Source of the DNA: Octopus vulgaris
Taxonomy: Eukaryota
Assembly (NCBI GenBank): GCA_951406725.2
Contig: OX597823.1
Span: 114,390,001 to 114,454,000, forward strand
Reading direction: 5' to 3'
DNA length: 64,000 nt
The notes beneath the pieces were generated by a model, which was not told where the DNA came from, searched no databases, and saw nothing but the letters and a program-made list of their open reading frames with translations. A program made the position numbers and the translations under genes. Position 1 is the first letter of the stretch, and every line of letters starts with the position of its first letter. This document shows, piece by piece, positions 1 to 15,171 of the stretch.

Positions 1-768
1 AAAAGTGTCTGGTTTCTAAATTGAATACCTGCTATTTCTCTTGGTGAGAAATTTAAAAAGAAACATATGATAAAAAACATACATACATATTTATACATCC
101 ACATACTTACACACGTGCGTGAATATAAAGTACGTACGCCCGCACGCACACACACACACACACACATACACACACACACATGTTCAAATACACACAGTGT
201 TGTCTCATTTTAAATAAAATTGGGAGATGCACAAATATACGATTATATCAACAAAAAATCTTTTTTTCAAAAACCAAGAATATAGAAACGCACAAACATA
301 TTGATAAATGTATATCTGCGTCCGTTTGTGAATTTTTGTATACACATTCATCAAAGCCGACATAATTTTATCAATTTCTGAATCTTCTACTTAAAAACAA
401 ATCGAAGTAGATGCAAGAAAAATGTTGAGAGACAAGGAACACAGCAGGAGTGTTAACGATATTTATGTCTCTACTTCCATTTTGGATTTTTCTTGGCAAT
501 TTTCTTTTCAGAAATCCTAGTGTTTTATTCAAACATATATTCCATAAGTTAGTATTTCACCTACTTCTGATATATTCTAAGAGAGAAAATGGAATTTTAT
601 GATGTATTTAGACTGTGACAAAACGGTTGGTGGAGAAAGCTGAAGAAGGAAATGATAAAAAAAAAATCTACCAATTTTAAGTAGACTTCAGTGAAAGTGT
701 GTGTCGTGTGTATACAGCTATACATATGATATATATGCGTGCGTACATATAATTGTGTGGGTGTGTAC

Positions 769-1270
<502 letters not shown>

Positions 1271-2018
1271 ATATACCTATTTTATAATTTATATTGTTTC
1301 CGTGTGTGTGTGTGTGTGTGTGTGGATGTATCAGAGAGGAGAGATTAATAAAAGAGAGCTGCCCCCCCTCCCACAGTCAGTACACTTGCAAGTTCTGTTT
1401 ATCCATGTGTATATAATTGGAGGATTTACCTTCAAGAAATGTAAACTGAAATTCTCGGGCAAATAAATTTGTCACAGAACATAATACATTAAATAGAAAA
1501 CTGGAATTAATGGCATCACTTTGAATCCTTTAGTCGTAAGTTGCTTTTCCTGTAAAGTACTTTAGTTCGATATATTTTCATCCATATCTAGTAGCACTCG
1601 TTTTATAGAAGAGGAGAGTCAGTGAGGCCATTGACGAATTGCGGGGGCCTTTTTCCCCGTCCAATTGTTAATATAATCATTTCTTTTGGCGGAAGTCCTT
1701 GTCTCTATGAACGAAAAATATTGTAATTAATTCCAGCTCTTTTTCCGCGATGTAAATATGTACGGAGCGAATTTTAAATCGTCCACGAATTTATATTTGT
1801 ATGTATCAAATATTATCATTTACCAAATAGTACCTTCAGAAAGACGAACGTTTTAACACTGATAGCTTTTCCTCAATATTATTGAATTTCATTTGTTTTT
1901 TGGGTTTTTTTTTTCTGACAGTTACAATAAGTTAAATAAGGTGTACACAGCTCTCTACATTTTAAATATTTCTTCAACTTTATTATCTGATTTCTATTTC
2001 GGTCTGTTTTATATAGCA

Positions 2019-2419
2019 CCAGCAGTATCGCCCGGCGTTGCTCAAGTTTGTAAGGGAAATAACTATATAAGCATTTTTAGAGAGTTATAGCCAAAAAAAT
2101 TGCAAAAAAATGCATTAAAAATGGGAAAAAAATTATGGTAAATTTTTTTTTAAATCGTTGACTCATCGTAGACATTTTTAGAGAGTTACTTCCCTTATAT
2201 AATAGCGAAAAATTGCATTAAAATGAAACAAAATGATGGTAATTTTTTTTTTAATCGTAGACTCATCGTAGATGCGCGCTAATACCCAGAAGGGTTCGAT
2301 ATGAATCCCGACTATAAGATACCCGGTTTTGGTTAAACTGCACCGCAAAATGTGGGAGTAGTTAGGAATCTAAATCGTAGGAGACAGACAGCACACAACC
2401 TCTCTTTTATATATAAAGA
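2019..2419 (-). mobile_element. Non-autonomous Helitron-like element
   Basis: On the minus strand it starts A|TCTTTATATATAAAAG and ends with a GC-rich subterminal tract (gagcaacgccgggcg) then CTGG|T, i.e. TC...CTRR in an AT target. Contains an internal ~100-bp tandem duplication (~2075-2272). Confidence 0.7.
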
Positions 2420-4550
2420 TTATATCGTTTTAGTTTTATATCTTTATGCTTCCATTTAGTTCTACAGCCTTTCTTTCTGTATTTAGATCTTTAAAGTTTT
2501 ACTTAAACAAATTGATGGTGTGGGTGAAATGCGCTAATAATGTTAATTCACCTTTATTCTTCATACCAGTATAGGATTTTTTTTTTTAATTATAGACTCC
2601 ATGAAAATTTTAGAGGTATGGTTAACTTTTTACTTCGTATTTGTATCGCCTGACGAAGGATGTATTTTAGGATATTTATAATGGTTGTCCTCACTACTCG
2701 CGCATCTGCAGCAATGCTGGTAGACTTTTAAAATATGCAGGGTTGGTGGGTCGTTATATTCCTTTCATATTTCGGGACGTAGGTGGTTAATGGTAGAAGA
2801 AACAAAATCCATTTGTTCACTAGCGCGGTTATTCTGTTCCTATTGTTTATCAAACTTTATTATAATCTTTCCGAATAATTTATATATAGTATTAAGGAGA
2901 CTTCAGGCTGGATAAGTTTCGAGCCTGTTCTGCTGGAGTCAATTTGTGAAAAGTTTAGCAGGTCATTTTTTGACAGTTTATACCGCTTCTTTAAGACGTT
3001 GTGTATAATATTTTTAGCGTATGTATAATGTTATTACGGCTTAGTCTGCTATCTATAAAGCCATAGTTATTTCTATTACTGAAATGTAACTTTCAGTATA
3101 ACTCTACGGCTATATCTATATTACTATTTCTACATTTCTTGACGGTTCCACCTTTGAATTTTGTGGTTTCGGACTACTCTTTCTTTCATATATTTTTTAG
3201 CAGATGAAAAATTCTTCTTCATCTTGTAATATTGTTTCTATGATATTTACGCAATGTGTTTTAAAGTCCTCTTATTGCTTTCTATTTCTCTGTTTACTCA
3301 GTTCTACTGTTTCAAATTTGTCTCTCGGTTGAATTAACTTCTTGGTGTTTTTAATTCTAAGCTTCATCTAGTGTTTCCTTAAATAGTTTGTTGTTGACTA
3401 CATTTCTCGTTTCCCAAGAGTGTCTGTTTAGGTGAATGAATTCGAGGAGGTTTCTCTTGGTTGTTTTGCAAAACCATTATTCCATAATATTATATGAGTG
3501 CCAGAGAAATACATTATCCATTCGTAGATTACCAAGTTTCCTGACGGTGCCACAAGTTCGACGATTGCACTCACAACACCGTCATAAACCTTATGTTTCA
3601 TTATTTTAAAATCAAATTCAGTAATACGAAATAACGCGCTACTTAAACTAAAATGGAAGACAATCCTATGGAAATATACGTGTCCAAGTATGTGTGTGTA
3701 TGTGTATGTATGTACATAGATATTTTGTGCCTGAACTCGTGAACATCTGCAGTCAATCGAATTGATATTATGATATGGTAAAATTTGGCAACTTCCGATA
3801 TAATCTCTTCATAAAAAGCAGCGCGTTTTCAAACTGCGCACTGAGTCGAGACATTTACTGCAATGCCTTACGTCACTCTATCACACGCTAGATTTTTAAA
3901 CATGAAATTTTGAAACCGGTTAAGTTAATAAGCATAAATCTTCTTAAAGACGCCAAAATGTATAGTTTATTTTCGATTTAATTTTCTTTATTCTCTTTTA
4001 TATTTACGATCTATAACTGTCACCTCCGCTACACCCTTCCTAACTTATATTCATGGTGAGCACTAACCACAACGCATTTGCACAGGTTATATCAGCCAAA
4101 TGAATGACTGTCTCAAAATATCGGTTTACATTTCCAAAAACCTTTGATCTTAACCAAACCCTGTACCCTGAAGACGGTTTTCCGCTGATCATAACTTTTC
4201 TAAACCAAAACCTCTAAATATTATTAAGTAATGTGTAACCAAAGCGACGATTTCTTCTTTGTTCACGGTAACTGGACTTAATTCTCCTGCAAATTAGTTT
4301 TAGCTGAAATAAACACTTGATATGCTTATGAAAAACTTTGGCAACACCTGAAGAGCAAGCAAATTAAATAGAGTTTGTCATAATTTGGTCTCTGAATACC
4401 TTTTACCTTGACACATCTTCGAATGTAAGGCGTAGTTTAATGTATTATTTGCATTGCACATTGTAACAATATGAATAAACAACTCTTATGTCCAGATAAG
4501 AACCGAGTATCAGATTCTAAATATTGATAGAAAGAAACTTACAGACTTAA

Positions 4551-5148
4551 TTTCTTTACTACCCACAAGGGGCTACACACAGAAAAGACAAACAAGCACA
4601 GACAAACAGATTAAGTCGATTGTATCGACCTCAGTGCGTAACTGATACTTATTTAATCGACCCCGAAAGGATGAAAGGGAAAGTCGACCCCGGCGGAATT
4701 TGAACTCAGAACGTAACGGCAGACGAAATACCTATTTATTTACTGCCCACAAGGGGCTACACACAGAAAAGACAAACAAGCACAGACAAACGGATTAAGT
4801 CGATTATATCGACCCCAGTGCGTAACTGGTACTTATTTAATCGACCACGAAATGATGAAAGGCAAAGTCGACCTCGGCGGAATTTGAACTCAGAACGTAA
4901 CGGCAGACGAAATACCTATTTCTTTACTGCCCACAAGGGGCTACACACAGAAAAGACAAACAAGCACAGACAAACGGATTAAGTCGATTATATCGACCCC
5001 AGTGCGTAACTAATACTTATTTAATCGACCCCGAAAGGATGAAAGGCGAAGTTGACCTCGGCGGAATTTGAACTCACAACGTAACGCAGACGAAATACCA
5101 CTAAGCATCTCACCCGGCATGCTAACCATTCTGCCAGCTCCCCGCCTT
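4551..5148 (-). mobile_element. tRNA-derived SINE family A, tandem trimer
   Basis: Three ~184-bp units with B box gagttcaaattcc on the minus strand. Only one unit carries the head (aaggcgg..agctggcagaa). Confidence 0.9.
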
Positions 5149-5662
5149 AAAAACTTACGAAACTCACTATAGATATAATTGAGAGATATACCTCACGTTC
5201 CTAGTTTCTTTACATAGTCAGTAAAAATCGGACGTAATTTAGGTTTCATTGATAATGAAATACGAAATACGCAAACATCAGTCATCAATGACACTGAAGA
5301 ATTTCGTTTCCTTTCATCAAAAATAATTCAAAACTGTAGAAGAAATTTTAATTATTTTCTCTCAGTTATGTAAAAGTAAAATGTACAACATTCTGCGTTC
5401 ATCAAAAGTTATTTTAAGTCGAAATTTATAATTCAGACTATAAGTTCTAAATTTCACTCACTTAATTAGTTCTTAGTAATTGATAGTTAAAAGTATAAAA
5501 TAGTGTAAACTCTAAATTGAATGTATTGCTATATTATTAATTATTTTATTTGATTGGATATTTCCTATTTTTTTATTTCTAATTACTTTCTTTGAGAAAA
5601 ATACCGACGATATTCTATTGAAAAAATTAACTTATGATCTTATTTCATCACCAGGGAATATT

Positions 5663-6462
5663 CGTTTCTTTTCTACTCTAGGCACAAGGCCCGAAATTTG
5701 GGGGGAAGGGCCAGTCGAACAGATCGATCCCACTACGCAACTGGTACTTAATTTATCGACCCCGAAAGGATGAAAGACAAAGTCGACCTGTACGGAATTT
5801 GAACTCAGAACGTAGCGGCAGATGAAAAACCTATTTCTTTATTACCCACAAGGGGCTAAACATAGAGGGGACAAACAAGGAGAAACATATGTATTAAGTC
5901 GATTACATCGACCCCAGTGCGTAACTGGTACTGATTTAATCGACGCCGAAAGGATGAAAGGCAAAGTCGACCTCGGTGGAATTTGAACTCAGAACATAAA
6001 GACAGACAAAATGCCGCTAAGCATTTCTCCCGGCGTGCTAACGTTCCTGCCAACTCGCCGCCTTATCCTTTCTACTAGAAGCACAAGGCCTTAAATTTGG
6101 GGTAAGGGATTAATTCGATTTCATCACCCCAGTGCATAACTGTTACTTGTTTAATTGACCCTGAAAGGATGAAAAGCAAAGTCGACCCTGGTAGAATTTT
6201 AACTCAGAACGTAACGGCAGACGAAATACCTATTTCTTTACGGCCCACAAGGGGCTACACACAGAGGAGACAAACAAGGACAGACAAACTGATTCAGTCT
6301 ATTGCATCGACCCCAGTGCGTAACTGGTACTTAATTTATCGACCCCCGAAAGGATGAAAGGCAAAGTCGACCTTGGCAGAATTTGAACTCAGAATGTAAC
6401 GGCAGACGAAATACCGCTAAGCATTTCGCCCTGCGTGCTAACCATTCTGCCAGCTCGCCGCC
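5663..6462 (-). mobile_element. SINE family A, two tandem dimers within one 18-bp TSD
   Basis: Four units. tcatcaccagggaatatt occurs at 5645-5662 and 6463-6480. Confidence 0.9.
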
Positions 6463-7499
6463 TCATCACCAGGGAATATTACCAATATAGCCAATGTCTT
6501 ATATGAACTGCAGTTCTTTCAAGATATACGTCACCACTGAATGTTTGGAATCACTCGGATATAAAACAAGAAATCGTATCTAAATCAACGATTTATTTGC
6601 ATCGTATGAGATATCTTAGACAACTCTAAAAGATGACAAACCATATAACAATATTGTTATAATTTCACCTCCAATGTCCTCATAATGTTAAGTGGCAGGG
6701 TGCACATGAAAGTATTAATGTTACCCCTTCGAGAATAATGATGGAGTATGTTTGGTTTTTATATAATATTCAGTTCAAATATGAAATGATATTAATCCGA
6801 AGTTTAGGAAAGATATCTTCGACAGACACCAAAATTGAAACAATTTCAATATAAACTTGAGAATTATGGCACGAAAAGCAATAATCCACCCGAGAAATAT
6901 AATGGCATATGATGCTAATATTGCTGTTTGTATGACGCTGGTGGAGTTTATTATCACTTTTAAAACGTGTGATGACGAAAGATTTTTTCCATACATTACT
7001 GGGTGTCCCAACTATACTGTAATAAAAACTATCGATATAATCATATTAAATGTATTTTAAGGTCAAGTAGCGCTATCATAAAAGTATAGAAAAGTTTCAA
7101 CGCTTACTGATGAATAAGAAGGTCTGATAGCCATCAAATGTAATTATTTGTGTCCTTTGGTGATACAATGGTATAGTTTTATTTCATTTCTGAATGGTAA
7201 GCAGCCTGGTTAACAATTCTTTATTGCGAGGTTTGATAGATTAATTAAAACTACAACCACGTAGACAGTGGTGACTACGCCGGACGCTTCAGTCTTATTT
7301 AACCTCTTCAGGTAATATATAGGAGGATTTATTGGGCTTTAGTAGACACAGCTGACGACTGGACTTGATTGATTTGGGGCGAATCAGAAACAAAATCGTT
7401 GACATGTCTTCTACCTTGATTGATACAATAAAAAAAATTTCTAAACTGCTGTGACGAAACAACAAAAAAATAGGATTGGGAGATTAGTATTAACATTCA

Positions 7500-8007
<508 letters not shown>

Positions 8008-8647
8008 CCACACAGCCACTCTTAAATACTTAGTCCGTATGATCACAACGGCAACATGAATAACTCGAGACTATAATTTTCTGTTTATGAAATCTAATGA
8101 AATAGCATCAGACATCCAAAAGAATTCAAATCATTAAATATCTTCTAAATTTTATCAAAAATTATTAGTCCACTTACAGCAAGAATCACCAAAGGCGATA
8201 ATTCATCTAGTCGTGTAGCAGATTGCTATTATAGTGTAGTTTGTAAATTTTGAAGTACATTATAAACAAATATAACGTTAGTTATCAAAAGACTAGAAAC
8301 GTAAAGTATTATAATTTACTTCTCAATACAACCTTGAGTTGTTCGCTAGGCAGGGAGTACTAAGATATTTTATATAAAACATTTAATTAAAATATCAAAA
8401 CACCATAGAATTTAAGATACTGACAATATTAAAACCAGCTGTTTCCCGATAGAATAAATTTGGTTTTGCTTTGTTATAAGGGTGTATATTTATATGGTTC
8501 TTTTCCAGGGGTAATACTTATCCACCACTTCAACGTGGATGGTCTTTTCAAACAAACTCTATTGCGGTAAATACCAATGGAGAAACTTTCATACTGGGTT
8601 TGTTACATGCGATATAGACAAAAGTGCATATTAATACTGCCTCTGTT

Positions 8648-8704
<57 letters not shown>

Positions 8705-8719
8705 AAACGATTTTAAAAT

Positions 8720-9676
8720 CAAACAGTGAAAAACATAAGCCACGCACAGCAGACATTGACACCATTGAACTGGTTAAACAATATACCTTTCGTCAGTTTT
8801 CCTGGCCGCTTGGCCCTACTAGCCTTTCGTAATTGCCTCACTAATTCAGCATAGTACTCTCCATTAAAGGTATATCCCATTTGAAGAGTCAATAAACACA
8901 GTGCCGTTTGCATCCGAAAAAATCTGAGGCCATCAGGTCGCAAACGGAACGACTTTCGCCTACTTTAGAGCAGTTGAGAGTTGGTGCTTCCACGGCATGT
9001 ACTATCTCTTTGTTCCTGACTCAAAGCCATGGCGCCAAAACTCATGTTGGGCTTCAAAACATTTAAGGAGGCCAGCTGGATCTATCTCAGAGAATGTCAG
9101 ATTTTCCCGTGATCAACGTGCTGCACTTCTGATAACATGCCTGAAGACGTAGCACCCCTCGAGCAGAAATCTTTGTCTTAACAAATTCATTGTGTATAAT
9201 TTTCTCGACTTTCTCACAGGATATGCTAATGGTATTGGTTATTTGATTTATTGTCAATCGCCTGTCATCCAACATCTTGTATTTCCTTGAATGGTGGTAA
9301 TTGCAGGACGTCCAAACCGTCAGTCATATCCAAGACCCACAATTCCCCTCCTTAATTCAGCTCTTAACTTTTCCACAATTGATAAAGCTCCAGAGACATC
9401 TCTTACGATAGCAACCATGTAGGCATGAATATCATCGGGGCTGATTCCTTTTTCTGCAGTTACTTGATAGTATCATGAGGCCAAATTTTCACATTTTCAA
9501 GCGAAGTCTCTACGAGTTACATTTGAAGTTTTCTTTGGACAATCAGCTGTCAGTTTAATTGGAAAGAAAAATGTCATTAACGAATAAGAAGTGTTGAAGT
9601 TAATGTATGCAAGATTTCACAGTTGTAGCATCACTGCTTCATAGTTAGCCTATGAACTTTTCATCTCACTGTTGTA
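8720..9676 (-). pseudogene. Degenerate mariner transposase with 5' TIR remnant
   Basis: Fragments DDRRLTINQITNTISISCEKVEKIIHNEFVKTKISARGV (cf. KVSARWVP) and NGEYYAELVRQLRKASRAKRPGKLTKGILFNQ. Frameshifted. TIR-like tacaacagtgagatgaaaagttcataggct near 9645-9676. Confidence 0.85.
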
Positions 9677-9896
9677 TATATAAGCGCATGGCTAATTAGT
9701 TGAGGTGCGGCACTCACGATTACCTGTACAGGTAATGTCGATCTGATGGAAGGAGTGACCTTATGTCAACACAAAAATTTGATCACTATAAACAAATCAT
9801 CTGTGTGGTTGTTCGGTAAGAGATTGTCGAACCCTTATACGTCGTCTAATAATATTATGTATATATGTATGTATGTATATATTTACATATATATAT

Positions 9897-9939
<43 letters not shown>

Positions 9940-10340
9940 TATATATATACACGCGCACACACACATATATATATATATGTATGTAAATATATAGTGAGAA
10001 AGATAGATAGACAGATAGACAGAGACAGACAGACAGACAGAGAGTAGAGAGATGCTCTAAACAAGACATCCAGCCAATATGTATAACTGTAGAATATTGA
10101 AATATTGTCCGATAATTTTTTGTGTTGAAGAATTTGCTGTCATTTTATTTTACTATTTGAGAATATTTGGTGAATAGGAGGAATGTTGTATTCCTGGCAA
10201 CGGTAGGTGTGATGCTAGTGAGAAAAGTTTGTAGCAGTTGAAATGGTGGAGGTGATGTACTGCGGTAGAAACGGTGCTGTCAGTGGTGTTGGTCAGGGCA
10301 GTGGCAATAACGGTGCTGACACCAATATTCATGATGAAGT

Positions 10341-10379
<39 letters not shown>

Positions 10380-10487
10380 CGACGACGATGATGATTATGA
10401 TGGTAGTGGTGGTGGGGGGGGTGATGTTCTTCATCATGTCAATGTTTCTTTGTCTTGAGGAATTTTATTTTTCATTCAAACTGTATG

Positions 10488-11067
10488 ATACACACACACA
10501 CACACATACACGTATACACACACACAGACACACGTAGACACAGACACACAGACACACGTAGACACACACACACAGACACACGTATACATACACACACACA
10601 TACACGTATACACACACACACAGACACACGCATACACACACACACACATACACGTATACACACACACACAGACACACGTAGACACACACACACACGCATA
10701 CACGTATACACACACACAGACACACGCATACACACACACACACATACACGTATACACACACACACACACACACGTATACACACACACACATATACACGTA
10801 TACACACACACAGACACACGTATACATACACACACACACACATACACGTATACACACACACACACATACACGTATACACACACACACAGACACACGTAGA
10901 CACACACACACACGCATACACGTATACACACACACACAGACACACGCATACACACACACACACATACACGTATACACACACACACAGACACACGCATACA
11001 CACACACACATACACGTATACACACACACACAGACACACGTATACATACACACACACATACACGTAT

Positions 11068-11099
<32 letters not shown>

Positions 11100-11210
11100 A
11101 TACACACACACACACACACACGTATACACACACACACACATACACGTATACACACACACACAGACACACGTATACATACACACACACACATACACGTATA
11201 CACACACACA
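10488..11210. repeat. Complex (CA)n-based minisatellite
   Basis: Modules catacacgtata and cagacacacg(t/c)a separated by variable (CA)n. Confidence 0.95.
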
Positions 11211-11990
11211 TATTCTGGTGCATATAACTATGTTTCTGCCTGTGTGCCATGTAAATGTGTGTCGATGTATATACGTAAGCCGTAATAATATTATATAACC
11301 AAATATTTTCGCCCCTGTCTATTAATGTTGTTGTATTATTAATATACTTTCAGCCTATCTTGTTTATTTACCTTAGGGTTGTTGTTTTTTCTAGTTTCAT
11401 AGAAACAGAGACTTACAATAATTGTTGCTGTTCGTGTTGTTGTTATTATTGATAACAGTATTCTCTTGTTCCTGGTGTTGCTATTGATAATGATTTTTGT
11501 TGTTGTTGTTGCTGTTGTTGATAATGATTTCAAAGTTGTTTGTTGTTTACATCTTCAATATTTCTCAACAATAATCTCTTCTCCGAAGAATATATCCTAA
11601 TACTATTATAATTCTATTCACAAAGCTACATTCATCCGCCTTATAACGTCAATATAACGAGCCAAAAAGTACAAACAATAAGGATTCCAAGGAAGGAGCG
11701 TCTGAAGACACCTATTTTACAACTTCTCTATATTCTTCTTTCAATTGTTTTACACCGTATACGTAAGGTTTATGAGGCGTGTCGCTTATGCGTGTCTGTG
11801 TTTGTGTGTATGTACGGGTGTCTGCATGTGCACATGTATGTCTGTTAGCGTGTGCGCGGGTATGAGTGTGTGCTGGTGAAATACGTAAAAGAATATCTTT
11901 CATTCATACCTTTGTACAAAATAATGTCTTCTATTGATCTTAGAGCTGTAAATGGAATGTTTGGAAAAATTGCTGGGTACATGGGCACAC

Positions 11991-12052
<62 letters not shown>

Positions 12053-13971
12053 TACGTAAATACTTACACACTTACAAATACATGTATATTCGTGTGTACG
12101 GATGTATGTGTATACCACTGTATCCGTTTGCGCATGTACGTACATATATATGTTTTAGTTTTTGTGTGTGGTATATGTATATGTGAATATGGGCGCGTTT
12201 TGAGGCTTAAATCACTGTGTGAATACATGCGTGTGAAGAGAGAAAGCGAGAAAGGGAAAGAGAGATTGATACTCGAATAAAGAGTATAATACATATTGTC
12301 TATGGTGAGGACAAGTCGTACAGACGAAAGGGAACATTTTTGAAACGTAAAAAGTAGATCGACTACATTTTTTGCTTTCTTTAAAATAATATATCGATGG
12401 TTATGTATGCATATGTGTGTGTGTGTGTGTACATAAGTATGTGGATGTATATATACGTGTGTGTTTGTAGCATACTTGTATTTCTTGTTGCATATAATTA
12501 TGTATATATGTATACATTCATGTTATAAGGTGAAAGCGGAAATAAACTTTAAAACAAAGTATGTTTTCAACTGTAGATTGAAACCGTGCCCTGTGAATTA
12601 CATTTGAAAGCCCTGGTATTAGGTTTCAGATAAATTTTGAAAGACATTCTGAGAAATATCGTAAAACGCATTTGTAAAATTCAACATTCTGAAACTGAAA
12701 GAAATTTTAGGAGTTCGAACTAACACCTGTACTTTAAATACTTCCATTCCACTGACACCCAGAAACTGTTAGGACATGTATTACTTTTGTTGACGATAAG
12801 GGCTAGCCACCATTTTTCTCTTTGCAGTGTAAGTTGTGAACAGATGAAATATGTCCAACCCCTGACTCGGTTCACTAAATGACACCATACCATTTTCGTG
12901 AGTATTTGTGATGTAAGTATATCCAACTAACTTATACAAAAATGCTGTAATGCAGTGTAATCTCACTGTATCAGAATATTTTCAATTCCACGAAATCTTA
13001 TATAACTTTATAAATCGCTGGTTGAAACCACTTTAGAGCTGAATATTAATAGCTTTGTTTTAGATTATTTGTATCAATGACAGGGTATCAAGTGTTTCAC
13101 CATGTGATTGTGAACTCCAAAACAGTAAATCATCACAAATTATTATACTATTATGAAACTTAAATATCAGTTACGATAGCGTTTTCTTCTCAAAATAGTA
13201 TCTTGATTTATGTATATTAATGCTGGGAAAACATAATATATTATATATATATAAAGATGGTGATAGTATTCACCAAGTGTAAATAATTTTATTGCAAACC
13301 TGGCGTCACTAAAGTTCTCCAGATCCCTTGCTGTAGTGTTAAGATGGTAAACGTTGGACATCCTTTCCCTTTATGATTACATCGTATGTTGTTCGGAAAG
13401 AAATGTATAAATTACTACGTTTCAATTATTCCCATAGCGTTTTGTATCTTCAACTGAATTGTTAGATATGAGAAAAAATTCAGCAATACACAGATTCGGC
13501 TCTACACTGACGTTATGCTTAAATTATTTAAATGTAGGCTGTACAAAATTGCCTTTCTTGGCCAGTAAATTCTTGACAACATTAATTTGAACAGAAATCG
13601 AAAACTCGTTCTTCCAATAAAGATTTTATTATGCCATTGCATTCTTTCTGAGAGAAGATTGTCCTGTTTCGTGATATTATGTTGTAGCGCAGTAACAGAT
13701 AAATGCATATTATATGGCAGGTTGTAAAAAAACAGAACCTAGCATAATATTTGGGATACAACTGCATATAACAGATGGCATGCACAAGTATGGATTCAAC
13801 ACTTTGTACACAACAGCTTATCTATAATATTATGTATAGAAATTGTTATTAAAGATCATTTATATACAGTCGTGGGTATATATAACATGCTCAGTACAAC
13901 TGGTTCAATATAACTGATTCAATACAGCAGGTTGTACACATACGGTTGTATATGGCTACTTCTAATCAGCA

Positions 13972-14335
13972 GAGGGTATATAACAACCTGTATATAACAA
14001 AGGGTATATAACAATCTGTATATAACAAAGGGTATATAACAAAGGCGGCGAGCTGGCAGAAACGTTAGCACGCCGGATGAAATGCTTAGCGGTATTTCGT
14101 CTGTCGTTACGTTGTGAGTTCAAATTCCGCCGAGGTTGACTTTGCCTTTCATCCTTTCGGGTTCGATAAATTAAGTACCAGTTCCGCACTGGGGTCGATG
14201 TAATCAACTTAATACCTATGTCTGTCCTTGTTTGTCCCCTCTATGTTTAGCCCCTTGTGGGTAATAATGAAATAGGTATATAACAACCTGTATACAACAG
14301 AGTCTATATAACAGTGTAAAACACAAGTTCTAAAT
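13972..14335. repeat. Degenerate 14/28-bp tandem repeat (gtatataacaa core) interrupted by a SINE
   Basis: gggtatataacaa(c/t)ctgtatataacaaa repeated; decays outward. Confidence 0.7.
14043..14274 (+). mobile_element. SINE family A, full length
   Basis: Head aggcggcgagctggcagaa, B box and tail gaaata. Flanking ggtatataacaa duplicated at 14031-14042 and 14275-14286. Confidence 0.9.
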
Positions 14336-15171
14336 AAGAGAATTTATATGACATTCTGTATAACAGTGTCCTTGTGTTCATATAGTAGGCTATAGATAAT
14401 AGTATGTTTATGACACAGTGTGATTAACAGATGGCTATAGAGAGCAGTCTGCACATAACGGGTTTTGCGTAATAATGCGTTTTATTTGACTTATTTATTT
14501 TAATTTTACATTAATCAGGAAGACCTCATAATCTTTGTATTACCACATCAGCTGCCTCCAGACACTCACGAAAATATGTCTCGTTTTCGACGCATATTTA
14601 TTAAATTAGGAATATTACGTGGATATTCCTTCAGTGGTTAAAGCTAATACTTAAGTTGATGGTAAAATACTGGACACATTTACCTACAGCTACACGCTTA
14701 GTGATGTGATTGTAATAAGGCTGAAGATTAGCTAACAGAAATATTCATTTTTGCAGTATTTAATAGGTGCTTCTCTGTGCGGACCTTGATTTGGATCTGT
14801 TTGCATTACGTTAGCGACATTTGTTGCTCAGATGTAGCTAATTTTGAGAGTATGTGTATAGAATAGATTATGGTATTCTGGTTGATTGAGGATTATTTCT
14901 TGCGTAAATCCAGGCAATATTTAATATTATATTTTTGTTCTACCTCACAATGAATCGATTTACTTGTTATTTTCTACGAGTGTTAAGTGGATACTCACAA
15001 ATGGAACAAACTTCTGGAGAAAAGCCTTTTCATTCTGGGTTGATGTATTAATGGTCAGCATTTTTAAAGGGAAATTCTGTTAATTAGCTCAGTATATGTG
15101 TATGTGTGCCCTATATATACATGTATGTACACGCATATTTGTAGGTGTACGGGTATGAGTATGCATATATA

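Noticed and set aside
4551-5148. Regularly spaced repeats resembling a CRISPR array
   Set aside because: Units repeat over their whole length with no unique spacers; eukaryotic SINE multimer, no cas genes.
10243-10458. Poly-Asp ORF
   Set aside because: (GAT)n microsatellite within degenerate GGT/GAT repeats; no splice or domain support.
13962-14207. Recurrent 'MRNWYL...RPRKDERQSRPRRNLNS' ORFs (also 25181, 26902, 55519)
   Set aside because: Antisense translation of SINE family A, not a gene family.
15010-15036. TSGEKPFH, similar to a C2H2 zinc-finger linker
   Set aside because: Isolated; no flanking CxxC or HxxxH in frame.
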